The notes below the pieces were generated by a model. That model saw nothing but the letters and a program-made list of their open reading frames with translations. It made no database searches and was not told the origin of the DNA. A program made the translations under genes and the position numbers. From positions 1,280,001 to 1,344,000 of the forward strand of contig OY970192.1 of NCBI GenBank assembly GCA_963708135.1: DNA of 64,000 nt, given 5' to 3'. Origin of the DNA: an uncultured Gemmatimonadales bacterium. Its GTDB lineage: Bacteria; Gemmatimonadota; Gemmatimonadetes; Longimicrobiales; RSA9. Positions 50,087 to 59,811 of the stretch are shown here, one piece after another (position 1 is the stretch's first letter; the number at the start of each line of letters is the position of its first letter).

Positions 50087-51925
50087 GTGAGTGGCCCCTC
50101 TGTTTGGGAGCGGCTGCGCGGGTGGGCCTTCGGGATCTCGCGGGGCTGGCTGATTGCGGCAGCGGCGGCGGGCGCGGTCATCGTCATCGTCGGCGGAGCG
50201 CTGCTGTTCCGGACGTACAACTACGTCCAGTACAACAACAACTTCTGTCTGCAGTGCCACCTCATGGCGGGGCCGTACGCCCGCTTCCAGCAGAGTGCCC
50301 ACCGCGGCCTGGGCTGCAAGGCGTGTCACCATCCGACGCCGATCGCGCGGGCCAAGATGGGCCTGACGCAGATCATCAAGCAGCCGACCAGCATTGAAGC
50401 CCATGCCGAGGTACCCAACTCGGCGTGCGAGAAGTGCCACGTGGAAGGGAACCCCAGGGAATGGACGCTGATCTCGGCGTCGGTCGGCCACCGGATCCAC
50501 TTCGAGTCGAAGGACACGGCGCTGAAGGGCCTGGCCTGCGTGCGCTGCCACTCCGTGTCGATTCACGAGTTCGCGCCCGTGGATCGCACGTGCGCGCAGG
50601 CGGGCTGCCACACGAACACGAAGATCAAGCTCGGCAAGATGGGCCAGCTCACGATCCACTGCGTGGTCTGTCACAACTTCAACAAGCCGGATACGCAGCG
50701 GGTCGGCCCCGATTCGCTGGCGCTGGCGCTCCGCCCGCAGCGGGAGGAATGCCTGAGCTGCCATGCCATGCGGCAGAAGGTCGGCGTGTTCCCCGCCAAC
50801 GAGCCCCACAAGGGCGTGTGTGGCGCGTGTCATGATCCGCACACCCAGTCGACGCCCGCGGAGGCGGTGCAGTCGTGCTCGAACGGCGGCTGCCACGAGC
50901 GGGCGGACACGATCACGCCGGCGCACCGCGGCCTCGAGCCCGGCGTGCTCGAGCGCTGCACGAACTGCCACGTCGCCCACACCTGGAAGCCGAAGGGCCA
51001 GGTGGACGACTGCCGGTCCTGCCACACGAAGATCTTCGAGGCGACGCCGCCCGGCGCGAGCACCCGCGCGGCGCTTCCGCCTCCGCCGCGCGGCCCGGCC
51101 GCGGCCGCCGCCGCGGGATCCGCCGCGGCCGCGGCACCCGCGCAGCCCGGGCGCGGAGCCGCCGAGGTCGGGCCGGCCGGCGAGGCCTCCCTGGGCGCAG
51201 CTCTCCTGCGGCTCGTGGGCGGCGCATCCCACGCCAGGCCCGCCTCCCGGCGGCCGCTCACCCCGGAGCATCCATTCCGCGCCGTCACGCAGGAGCCGCA
51301 GCAGCCCGTGGCTGGAACCGTGGCGCGGTGGGGCGGCCATTTCGACCATCGCACCCACCGGCAGCTCGACTGCCTGCAGTGCCACAGCATGCAGGACACC
51401 CACGGCGCGCTGAAGGTTCGCACGAAGCAGGACTGCGAGTCCTGCCACCACTCCGCGGATCAGAAGCGGCCGTGCGCCAGCTGCCATACGGCGGCCGAGC
51501 TGGGCTGGCAACGACCCGAGAAGGTCGAGGTCCGCACGAGCGTGTCGCGGACGACCACCACCCGGACGTTGCCGTTCCCGCACGCGCGCCACACGTCGCT
51601 CCAGTGCTCGGCGTGCCACGGGCCGCCGCCCACGTACACGCCGCGCGTGGACTGCGAGTCGTGTCACAGCAAGCACCACCAGGCGAACGCCGAGTGCAGG
51701 CTCTGCCACGCCGGGCTGCCGCTCAAGGCGCACACGCGGGCCGCGCACCTGGCGTGCGGCGGTAGCGGGTGCCATCAGGACGCGGCGGTCGCCTCCCTGT
51801 CCTGGTCCCGCGAGGTCTGCCTTGCCTGCCACCAGGACCGGGTGCTGCACGAGCCGGGACTCGCCTGTGAGAGCTGCCACAAGGTCCCGGCCCTCCATTC
51901 AACGACGAAGAGGTCCGCGCCATGA
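50087..51925 (+). CDS. NapC/NirT-like membrane-anchored 20-heme cytochrome (17 CxxCH + 3 CxxxxCH)
   Basis: N-terminal TM, then NNFCLQCHLM...SAH..LGCKACH (NapC/NrfH-like start). An Ala/Pro linker separates the 11-heme and 9-heme halves. Confidence 0.85.
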   Translation: MSGPSVWERLRGWAFGISRGWLIAAAAAGAVIVIVGGALLFRTYNYVQYNNNFCLQCHLMAGPYARFQQSAHRGLGCKACHHPTPIARAKMGLTQIIKQPTSIEAHAEVPNSACEKCHVEGNPREWTLISASVGHRIHFESKDTALKGLACVRCHSVSIHEFAPVDRTCAQAGCHTNTKIKLGKMGQLTIHCVVCHNFNKPDTQRVGPDSLALALRPQREECLSCHAMRQKVGVFPANEPHKGVCGACHDPHTQSTPAEAVQSCSNGGCHERADTITPAHRGLEPGVLERCTNCHVAHTWKPKGQVDDCRSCHTKIFEATPPGASTRAALPPPPRGPAAAAAAGSAAAAAPAQPGRGAAEVGPAGEASLGAALLRLVGGASHARPASRRPLTPEHPFRAVTQEPQQPVAGTVARWGGHFDHRTHRQLDCLQCHSMQDTHGALKVRTKQDCESCHHSADQKRPCASCHTAAELGWQRPEKVEVRTSVSRTTTTRTLPFPHARHTSLQCSACHGPPPTYTPRVDCESCHSKHHQANAECRLCHAGLPLKAHTRAAHLACGGSGCHQDAAVASLSWSREVCLACHQDRVLHEPGLACESCHKVPALHSTTKRSAP

Positions 51926-53385
51926 GAGCCGGATGCATCCTGATCCTGCTCGCGGCGTTTACGGCTGGTTCCTTGTCGGCGCAGGGGTTTCGGATCACGG
52001 GGGTCTCGACCGCGCAGTATATCGATGCGCGGCCTCTGGCCTCCGACAGTGTCCCCATCTCCCAGGCCCTCGGGACCGGCACGCTGCGGCAGACCGCCGA
52101 CGGCACGATCGTCAGCTGCACCAGTGCGGGATCGTACTGCTACTTCCAGCGCTCGGGTGCCACGCTCGCGGCCGTGCCCCTGATCCAGGATCTGGAGGTC
52201 AGCGCCTGGGGGCTCGCCACCGGGCTGCGCTTCTACGCGGATCTGCGCGGCCGCGCCGCGGCTGGCGATGCCGCCAGCTACTGGCCCCGCGCCGGTGATG
52301 CGTTCGACGCCCTCGCCGCCTACCTCGAGCTCGACCGCACCCGCTACCGGGTCCGGGTCGGACGCCAGTGGATGACCTCGGGGCTCGGCCTCTACAACTT
52401 CGATGGCGGCGACCTCGTCGTTCGCCCCCTGACCGGGGTCTCCCTCGAGGGCTACGGCGGGTGGAGCCTGGCCAACGGCCTCGACGAGTCCTACACCAGC
52501 AACGCCATCTCGGCCGTCGAGCCCTTTGCCCCGGACGAGGGCGCCTACATCCTGGGCGCCCAGCTTCACGTGCGTCCCACGCCGCGCTTCTCCGCGAGCG
52601 CTCTCTATCAGCGCGAGATCCGGAGGGACCGGGCGGGCCTCTACTCGGAGCGCGTCGCCGCGGACGCCCGGCTGCTCGTGCGCGGCTTCACGCTGGACGG
52701 CGCGCTTCAGGCGGACCTCGCCTCCGGCGACGTCAACGAGGGCCGCCTGCGCGTCCGCCTCCCGAGCCTCGCCGGGCTCGCGCCCACGCTCCAGGTCCGC
52801 CACTACCAGCCGTTCTTCGAGCTGTGGACCATCTGGGGCGCGTTCTCTCCCGTCGGCTTCGACGAGGCCACGGCGACCCTCGACTGGGCGGCCATGAACG
52901 GCCGCCTCGCCCTCGCGCTGCACGGCGGCCGCCGCCGTTACGGCGACACCGGCACCGGGGTGGAGTTCGCGCCGCTCCGCAAGGAGGGCTGGACCGCCGG
53001 TGGCGACCTCACCCTGCGGCCGGCCAGCGGCTGGACCGCCCTGGGCAGCTACGACGCCGACATCGGCTTCGGCGCGGCCTCGACCAACGAGACCGTCTCG
53101 CTCCGGCGTGAGCTCGGCGCGGTGGGCTACCTCGGAGTGACCGGGCTGGCGTTCCAGAACGCCTACGAGTTCCAGGTCGGCGAAGGGCGCGTGTGGGGTG
53201 GGGGAGTGACGGCCGGCGTCCGGCTGACGGATGCCGCGCGCGTCGATGGCAACATCTACAGCTACGTGCACCACGACCGCGGCAATGCGGCCGTGGACTG
53301 GACGCAGATGCGCGGACAGCTCCAGCTGTCGTGGTCCGTCGGCGCCGATCCCGGAATGCGGCGGCTGAAGGAGGTGGGGCCGTGA
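51922..53385 (+). CDS. Putative outer-membrane beta-barrel protein (copy 2)
   Basis: Signal peptide ending SA-Q; paralogue of 29932-31443 (QDLxVSAWG, YLELDR, EGYGGWSL, AVEPFAPD, AGLYSERVA, FELWTIWGAF). Confidence 0.7.
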   Translation: MRAGCILILLAAFTAGSLSAQGFRITGVSTAQYIDARPLASDSVPISQALGTGTLRQTADGTIVSCTSAGSYCYFQRSGATLAAVPLIQDLEVSAWGLATGLRFYADLRGRAAAGDAASYWPRAGDAFDALAAYLELDRTRYRVRVGRQWMTSGLGLYNFDGGDLVVRPLTGVSLEGYGGWSLANGLDESYTSNAISAVEPFAPDEGAYILGAQLHVRPTPRFSASALYQREIRRDRAGLYSERVAADARLLVRGFTLDGALQADLASGDVNEGRLRVRLPSLAGLAPTLQVRHYQPFFELWTIWGAFSPVGFDEATATLDWAAMNGRLALALHGGRRRYGDTGTGVEFAPLRKEGWTAGGDLTLRPASGWTALGSYDADIGFGAASTNETVSLRRELGAVGYLGVTGLAFQNAYEFQVGEGRVWGGGVTAGVRLTDAARVDGNIYSYVHHDRGNAAVDWTQMRGQLQLSWSVGADPGMRRLKEVGP

Positions 53386-54869
53386 GGACCCGTCTCTTCG
53401 CCGCGGCCCTCATGGTCGCGGCCACCGCCAGCGGCCTCTGGGCCGTCGCCTCGCGGGAGCGTGGCTTCCCGCACGAAAAGCACGCGCGGCTGTTCCCGGT
53501 GTGCACCGGCTGCCACACGGGAATCGCCGCCGGGGATACGGCGAGCTTCTACCCGGATGCCGCCTTCTGCGCCCGCTGCCATGATGGCAAGCGCGAGCCG
53601 ACCGTCGACTGGACCGGCCCTCACCGGCGGCCGACCAACCTGGCCTTCTCGCACCCGGACCACTTCCAGCGCACCGCTGCGCAGGGCGTGACGCCCGATT
53701 GCCAGACGTGCCACGGCGTCCCTGGCGCCACTGTGCCCATGGCCGTGGAGGAGGCCACGCCGCAGCAATGCATCGCCTGCCACACCCACCAGGCGCCGAC
53801 GCACCTCGCCGAGAGCGCCGTCTGCCGGACGTGTCACGTCCCCGTGGCCAGCGCGAGCGGCCTCGACACGGCGGCCATCGCGGCCTTCCCGCGGCCCGCC
53901 ACCCACACGGCCGCGGACTTCCTCCAGACCCACGGGAAGGGCGTCGGCGCCGCCCAGGCGCAGGCACGCTGCGCCATCTGCCACGCCCGCCAGAGCTGCG
54001 AGCGCTGCCATCTCAACGCCGGATCGGTGGCGGCCATCGCTGCGCTCCAGCCCGATCCCCGCATCGCGGCGCTCGTGGCCGCGAAGAGTGCACGCTACCC
54101 GGAGCCGGCCAGCCACCGCAGCCCCGACTGGAAGCTCGCCCACGGCGCGCGCGCCCGGGCAGGCATCGCGACGTGCGCGAACTGTCACTCCCGGGCGGGC
54201 TGCACCACCTGTCACATCGGGGGCACGGCCGCCCAGGTCATTGCCGCGCTCCCGGCGCCCCGCCCCGGCGGACCGGCCGGCGCGCTCGCCGGCCGGCGCT
54301 ACGCCGCCCGCGAGCCGATCACCCCTGGTGCGCCCCTGTCCAGCGCCGCGCTGCAGGGCGCCGGTGGCACGCGCATGCACCCCGCCGACTTCGCCACCAC
54401 GCACGGCACGGCGGCCGCGGCGGGCCAGCCGAAGTGCTCGAGCTGCCACGAGCAGGCCTACTGCCAGAAGTGCCACGCGGCACCCTCGCGGCCGGGATTC
54501 CACCCTCCGGACTTCATGGCGCGCCACGGCGCGCAGGCGTTCTCGAGCCAGACCGACTGCATGACCTGCCACAACCGCCAGGCCTTCTGCAAGACGTGCC
54601 ACGAGAACTCCCGGATCGCCGCGGGCGCTACGGCCGGGCCGTTCCACACCAGACAGCCGCTCTGGCTGCTCCAGCACGGGCAGGCGGCCCGCCAGGGGCT
54701 GGAGTCGTGCGCCTCGTGCCACAAGCAGCAGGACTGCCTGCGCTGTCACTCCGACATCGGCTGGGGCGTCAATCCGCACGGGCCCGGTTTCGATGCGGAC
54801 AAGATGGCCGCTCGAAACCAGCTCGTCTGCGCCCGCTGCCACGTGGGCGCCACGCCCCGTAAGCCTTAG
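53382..54869 (+). CDS. 16-heme c-type cytochrome (copy 2)
   Basis: 16 CxxCH collinear with 31443-32909 (FPHxxH, CAICHARxSCERCH, HGQAARQGLE, WGVNPH). GTG start overlaps the barrel stop codon. Confidence 0.88.
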   Translation: MRTRLFAAALMVAATASGLWAVASRERGFPHEKHARLFPVCTGCHTGIAAGDTASFYPDAAFCARCHDGKREPTVDWTGPHRRPTNLAFSHPDHFQRTAAQGVTPDCQTCHGVPGATVPMAVEEATPQQCIACHTHQAPTHLAESAVCRTCHVPVASASGLDTAAIAAFPRPATHTAADFLQTHGKGVGAAQAQARCAICHARQSCERCHLNAGSVAAIAALQPDPRIAALVAAKSARYPEPASHRSPDWKLAHGARARAGIATCANCHSRAGCTTCHIGGTAAQVIAALPAPRPGGPAGALAGRRYAAREPITPGAPLSSAALQGAGGTRMHPADFATTHGTAAAAGQPKCSSCHEQAYCQKCHAAPSRPGFHPPDFMARHGAQAFSSQTDCMTCHNRQAFCKTCHENSRIAAGATAGPFHTRQPLWLLQHGQAARQGLESCASCHKQQDCLRCHSDIGWGVNPHGPGFDADKMAARNQLVCARCHVGATPRKP

Positions 54870-54931
54870 CCCCGCAGGGCGGGGAGGCGCGGCCCGACAG
54901 GCGCGCCTCCCCCATGTAGTCTCGCAACGGA

Positions 54932-54972
54932 CGACGGGTGGGGGAATCTCCGGTTGATTCCCCCACCCGTCG
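54932..54972. other. Perfect 17-bp inverted repeat between the conduit operon and ccmF
   Basis: CGACGGGTGGGGGAATC-N7-GATTCCCCCACCCGTCG; no clear adjacent U-tract. Confidence 0.6.
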
Positions 54973-55030
54973 CCATATCTTTCGTAACAGCACGGCACTG
55001 CCGTGATGGCTCATAGACTGGGGAGGACGC

Positions 55031-57010
55031 TTGATCCGGATCCTGGGGTACACGGCCATCGTCGTGGCGCTCGCCATCTCGACCTTCGGCGCCGTCGCGG
55101 CCGTCGTGGGCGTGCGGCGCCGCCAGGGCGCGCTGATCCACAGCGCGCAAACCGCCGCGTTCGTCAACTTCGGCCTCATGAGCCTCGCGAATCTCGCGAT
55201 GATCTACGCGCTCGTGACGCACGACTTCAGCATCTCGTACGTCGCGCAGGTGGGCAGCCGCGAGACGCCGCTCTTCTTTACGGTGATCTCCCTCTGGGGC
55301 GCCCTCGAGGGCTCCATCCTCTTCTGGGGCTGGATCCTGTCCGGCTACACCGCGGCGGTCGTCTTCTTCACTCGCGGCAAGCTCGGCTCCCTCGGCGTCT
55401 ACGCCACGGCGACGATGCTCACCGTGGGCGCCTTCTTCTACCTGCTCCTGGTCGGCCCCGCAAACCCGTACCACGCCGTCTTCCCCGTGCCCGCCGACGG
55501 GCCCGGCCCGAACGCGTTACTGCAGAATCATCCGCTCATGGCCGTCCATCCGCCCTTCCTGTACATGGGCTACGTGGGCATGACCGTGCCGTTCGCCTTC
55601 GCCATCGGCGCGCTGCTCTCCGGCAAGCTCGATGACACCTGGATGCGCGTGACCCGACGCTGGACCATGATGGCGTGGATCTTCCTCTCGCTCGCCATCA
55701 TCGCCGGCATGTGGTGGTCCTACGACGTGCTCGGTTGGGGCGGCTACTGGGCGTGGGACCCGGTGGAGAACGCCTCCTTCATGCCCTGGCTGACCGCCAC
55801 GGCCTTCCTCCATTCCGTCATGGTGCAGGAGCGCCGCGGGATGCTCCGCGTCTGGAACGTGAGCCTCGTCGTGGCGACGTTCGTGCTCACGATCCTCGGC
55901 ACGTTCCTCACCCGCAGCGGCGTCCTCTCCTCCGTCCACGCCTTCACCGAGGGGACCATCGGCTTCTACTTCCTCGGCTTCATCGCGCTGGTGCTGCTCT
56001 TCTCGATGGCGGTGCTCGCCGGCCGCAGCAGCGAGCTCCACAGCCAGGGACAGCTCGACCGCATGCTCTCGCGCGAGACCGTCTTCCTGCTCAACAACCT
56101 GCTGCTCACCGCCTTCTGCTTCACGGTGCTGCTCGGCACGCTCTTCCCCCTCCTCGCCGAGGCGCTGCGCGGCGTCAAGGTCAGTGTGGGCGCCCCGTTC
56201 TTCAATAAGATGACCGTGCCGCTCGCCGTCGGCCTGCTCTTCCTGCTCGGCGTGGGCCCCGTCCTCCCCTGGCGCGGCGGAAAGGCCGAATACCTCAGAA
56301 AGCAGTTCCTCGTGCCCGCTCTCGCGGCCCTCTTCGTGGCCGGTGCGAGCATCATCGGCGGGGTGCGCAACGTCTACACGGTCCTGGCCTTCACCTTCGG
56401 CGCCTTCGCCCTCGTCGCCAACCTCGAGCAGTTCGTGTCCGGCGCCGGCGCGCGCATGCGCGCTCACCATGAGGCGCCGCTCCTCGCCCTCGGACGGCTC
56501 GTCGCCGCGAATCGGCGCCGCTACGGCGGCTACATCGCACACATCGGCGTGATCACCGTCGCCATCGGCATCGCCGCCTCCTCGACCTTCCGCGCCGAGC
56601 GCGAGACCACGCTCAAGCCCGGCCAGAGCGTCTCCGTGCGCGGCTACACCGTTCGCTTTGACGGGCTCTGGGCCAAGGACGAGCCCCAGCGCTTCGTCGT
56701 CGGCGCCACCATGAGCGCCCTCGGCGCCGACCAGCAGCCGTACGCGCAGATGGAGCCGCGCCTCAACTTCTACGGCGGCCGCAGCGAGCCGATCACCACG
56801 CCCGCCGTCCGCAGCCGGCCCGACAACGATCTCTACATCAACCTGCTCGCCTTCGAGCGGGACGGCTCTTCCGCCACGGTCCACGTCATCGTCGAGCCGC
56901 TCGTCTACTGGATGTGGCTCGGCGGGCTCATCGTCGCTTTCGGCGGCCTCGTCGGCATCGTGCCTCTGCCGCGCCGCCGCCCGGAGCGGAGGAAGGTCTA
57001 CCAGGTATGA
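55031..57010 (+). CDS. ccmF: Cytochrome c heme lyase CcmF
   Basis: EGSILFW, HPP.LY.GY, WGGYWAWDPVENAS.MPW, HS, RSG...SVHAF. TTG start after GGAGG. Confidence 0.95.
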   Translation: MIRILGYTAIVVALAISTFGAVAAVVGVRRRQGALIHSAQTAAFVNFGLMSLANLAMIYALVTHDFSISYVAQVGSRETPLFFTVISLWGALEGSILFWGWILSGYTAAVVFFTRGKLGSLGVYATATMLTVGAFFYLLLVGPANPYHAVFPVPADGPGPNALLQNHPLMAVHPPFLYMGYVGMTVPFAFAIGALLSGKLDDTWMRVTRRWTMMAWIFLSLAIIAGMWWSYDVLGWGGYWAWDPVENASFMPWLTATAFLHSVMVQERRGMLRVWNVSLVVATFVLTILGTFLTRSGVLSSVHAFTEGTIGFYFLGFIALVLLFSMAVLAGRSSELHSQGQLDRMLSRETVFLLNNLLLTAFCFTVLLGTLFPLLAEALRGVKVSVGAPFFNKMTVPLAVGLLFLLGVGPVLPWRGGKAEYLRKQFLVPALAALFVAGASIIGGVRNVYTVLAFTFGAFALVANLEQFVSGAGARMRAHHEAPLLALGRLVAANRRRYGGYIAHIGVITVAIGIAASSTFRAERETTLKPGQSVSVRGYTVRFDGLWAKDEPQRFVVGATMSALGADQQPYAQMEPRLNFYGGRSEPITTPAVRSRPDNDLYINLLAFERDGSSATVHVIVEPLVYWMWLGGLIVAFGGLVGIVPLPRRRPERRKVYQV

Positions 57011-57630
57011 ACTGGAAGCGCGCCGGTATCGGGATCGGAGCGGCCATTCCCGTGGTCGCGCTCCTCTCCTTCGGCCTCACCCGCGACCCGTCTCTCATTC
57101 CTTCCCCGCTGCCCGGGAAGGCGGCGCCCACGTTCGCCTTGAGGACCATGGACGCGGGCGACAGCATCCGGCTCGCCGACCTCCACGGCCAGGTCGTCGT
57201 CCTCAACTTCTGGGCCTCCTGGTGCCTGGCGTGCCGTGACGAGCACGCCACCCTCGCCGAGGCGGCCGCCCTCTACCAGCCCCTCGGGGTCCGCTTCTTC
57301 GGCGTCCTCTACGACGACTCGCCCGGCAATGGCAAGGCTTACATCCAGGAGATGGGCGGACAGGGCTACCCGACGCTGCTCGACCCCGAGACACGCACCG
57401 CCATCAGCTACGGCCTCTACGGCGTTCCCGAGACCTTCTTCATCGCCCGCGACGGCCGCGTCGCCTACAAGCAGATCGGGCCCGTCAGCCTCGACGGCAT
57501 GAGAAAGATCCTCGACCCGCTCCTTGCCGAGAAGGCGCCCCCCGCAGCCAGCGGCCGCGAGATCTCCCGCAGCCCCGCCCCCGACCGCCGCCTCGCCCGG
57601 CAGGGAGCGGGACGTCAGGAGTCACGATGA
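57007..57630 (+). CDS. ccmG: CcmG/DsbE (TlpA-family) thiol-disulfide oxidoreductase
   Basis: NFWASWCLAC, YGVPETFFI; lies between ccmF and ccmH. Confidence 0.85.
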   Translation: MNWKRAGIGIGAAIPVVALLSFGLTRDPSLIPSPLPGKAAPTFALRTMDAGDSIRLADLHGQVVVLNFWASWCLACRDEHATLAEAAALYQPLGVRFFGVLYDDSPGNGKAYIQEMGGQGYPTLLDPETRTAISYGLYGVPETFFIARDGRVAYKQIGPVSLDGMRKILDPLLAEKAPPAASGREISRSPAPDRRLARQGAGRQESR

Positions 57631-58145
57631 ACCCCTTTGCGATCCTCGCCCTCGCCCTCGCCCTCGCGCCCGCGCCACCTCAGAGGCCCGACACCGGCAT
57701 GATCGGCGTCGTGCCCGCCGCCGCCGCCGCGCCCGGCTCGCGTCAGGACAGCATCCTCAATGCGCGCACCAAGGAGGTCGCCTCCCAGCTGCGCTGTCCC
57801 GTCTGTCAGGGACTCTCCCTCCAGGACTCGCCTTCCGACCTCGCCCGCCAGATGCGCGCGCTCGTCCATGACCAGCTCGCCGCCGGGAAGAGCCCCGACG
57901 AGGTCAAGCAGTACTTCGTCAGCAAGTACGGCGAGTGGATCCTCCTGCAGCCGCAGGCCCACGGCTTCAACCTCGTCGCCTACCTGCTGCCCGCCCTCGT
58001 CCTCCTCGCCGGCGCGGCCCTCGTCTGGACCGCCGCCCGCCGCTGGGTCCGCAGCCCCGAGGGACCCGAAGGGCCAGCCGAGGATCCGGGCCGCGATGCG
58101 ACAGCACCCCCCGAGGAATCGGGCGAAACAGCCTCGAGCCGCTGA
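57627..58145 (+). CDS. ccmH: Cytochrome c biogenesis protein CcmH
   Basis: LRCPVCQGLS..DS, YGEWIL, C-terminal TM helix. Confidence 0.9.
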   Translation: MNPFAILALALALAPAPPQRPDTGMIGVVPAAAAAPGSRQDSILNARTKEVASQLRCPVCQGLSLQDSPSDLARQMRALVHDQLAAGKSPDEVKQYFVSKYGEWILLQPQAHGFNLVAYLLPALVLLAGAALVWTAARRWVRSPEGPEGPAEDPGRDATAPPEESGETASSR

Positions 58146-58186
58146 CGGATCGGGCGGCGTGGCTCTCCTCGCAAGGTACAGTCTTG

Positions 58187-58219
58187 CCCCTGAATGTCGC
58201 AAACTGCGACATTCAGGGG
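58187..58219. promoter_or_regulatory. Perfect 15-bp inverted repeat, candidate regulator binding site or terminator
   Basis: CCCCTGAATGTCGCA-AAC-TGCGACATTCAGGGG, upstream of a sigma54 activator gene. Confidence 0.5.
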
Positions 58220-58376
58220 AGCGTGCGGCCGGGGCCGGCCGCCGGATGTGGTCCGTAGGCGATTGTGTGGTAAGGGGTTACACGAATGAGCACCGCCGCC
58301 GCGCAAGTGGTATGGAATGCGCGACGGGATCCGTTCGGGCTCTCCAGTTGCGCAACGATACCGAGGCGGTTGACCG

Positions 58377-59786
58377 ATGACGGAGCAATCCAGCGAGCGT
58401 CCGAAGGCCCGCGTACTCGTGGTCGAGGACGAGGAGATCGTGCGGGACCTGCTGGTGAAGGTCCTGGACGACGAAGGGTACGTCGTGGAGTCGGTCGATA
58501 GCGGTGAGAAGGCGCTGAAGGCGCTGGACGCCGAGCTCTACGATGTCGTGCTGCTGGACCTTAACCTGCCGGGCATGTACGGGATGAACGTGCTGGCGGC
58601 GGCGCCGTCGCTTCAGACGGACGCGGCGTTCATCGTGATGACGGCGTTCGGGTCGGTGGACACGGCCGTGGAGGCGATGAAGCTGGGCGCGTTCGATTAC
58701 ATCAACAAGCCGTTCCGCCCGGAGGAGCTGCTGCTGGTTGTGGAGCGGGCGCTGCGGGAGACGGAGCTGCGGCGGGAGGTGGCGCAGCTGCGCCGGCGGG
58801 CGGGCGAGGGGGCGCGGGGGAGCATCGTCGGGAAGTCGCCGGCGCTCGAGCGGATGTTCGATCTGATCGAGCGGGTGGCGCCGACGCGGGCCACGGTGCT
58901 GATCACGGGGGAGACGGGGACGGGCAAGGAGCTGGCGGCGCGGGCGCTACACGAGCTTTCGGGGCGCGTGCGGAAGCCGTTCGTGGCGATCAACTGCTCG
59001 GCGCTGCCGGAGACGCTGCTGGAGACGGAGCTGTTCGGGCACATGCGGGGCAGCTTCACGGGGGCGATCCAGAACAAGCGCGGCCTGTTCGAGGAGGCGA
59101 ACGGCGGCACGCTGTTCCTGGACGAGATCTCGACGGTCTCGCAGTCGATCCAGGTGAAGCTCCTGCGCGTGCTGCAGGACCGGAAGATCCAGCGGATCGG
59201 CGGGACCCAACAGCTTCCCGTGGACTTCCGGCTGGTGGCCGCCACGAACGTCGAGCTGGCGGAGCGGGTGGAGAACGGGGAGTTCCGAGAGGACCTGTTC
59301 TACCGGCTGAACGTGTTCCCGATTCGAGTTCCGGCGCTACGTGAGCGGAAGAGCGACATCCCCTTGCTGGCCAACTACTTCCGGACGAAGTTCGCGCAGG
59401 AGAACGGGGTCGAGGCGCCGGAGATCTCGCCCGAGACCATGCGGCGCCTGATCGAGTACGAGTGGCCGGGCAACGTGCGTGAGCTCGAGAACTTCATCGA
59501 GCGGGCGGTGATCATGCACGCCGGCGCTCGCTCGATCCCCTTCGACGCGCCGGCCGGGCAGAAGGAGAAGACGGAGCGCGACATGATCGCGCGGGCCCGC
59601 CAGGAGCGCTGGAACCTCGAGCAGCTGGAGCGCGAGTACATCCTCAATGTGCTGGACCAGACGCGGGGCCACAAGGGCAACGCCGCCGAGGTCCTGGGCA
59701 TCGACCGCCGGACGCTCTACCGGAAGCTGAAGAAATATCAGGACGATGGGCTGCTGCAGGAGCTCGAGCTCGCCGGCGTCGATTAG
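58377..59786 (+). CDS. Sigma54-dependent NtrC-family response regulator
   Basis: Receiver domain; GETGTGKE, ELFGHMRGSFTGA, WPGNVREL; HTH LGIDRRTLYRKL. Confidence 0.92.
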   Translation: MTEQSSERPKARVLVVEDEEIVRDLLVKVLDDEGYVVESVDSGEKALKALDAELYDVVLLDLNLPGMYGMNVLAAAPSLQTDAAFIVMTAFGSVDTAVEAMKLGAFDYINKPFRPEELLLVVERALRETELRREVAQLRRRAGEGARGSIVGKSPALERMFDLIERVAPTRATVLITGETGTGKELAARALHELSGRVRKPFVAINCSALPETLLETELFGHMRGSFTGAIQNKRGLFEEANGGTLFLDEISTVSQSIQVKLLRVLQDRKIQRIGGTQQLPVDFRLVAATNVELAERVENGEFREDLFYRLNVFPIRVPALRERKSDIPLLANYFRTKFAQENGVEAPEISPETMRRLIEYEWPGNVRELENFIERAVIMHAGARSIPFDAPAGQKEKTERDMIARARQERWNLEQLEREYILNVLDQTRGHKGNAAEVLGIDRRTLYRKLKKYQDDGLLQELELAGVD

Positions 59787-59811
59787 GATGCGGAGGCGCG
59801 CGATCGTCTGA

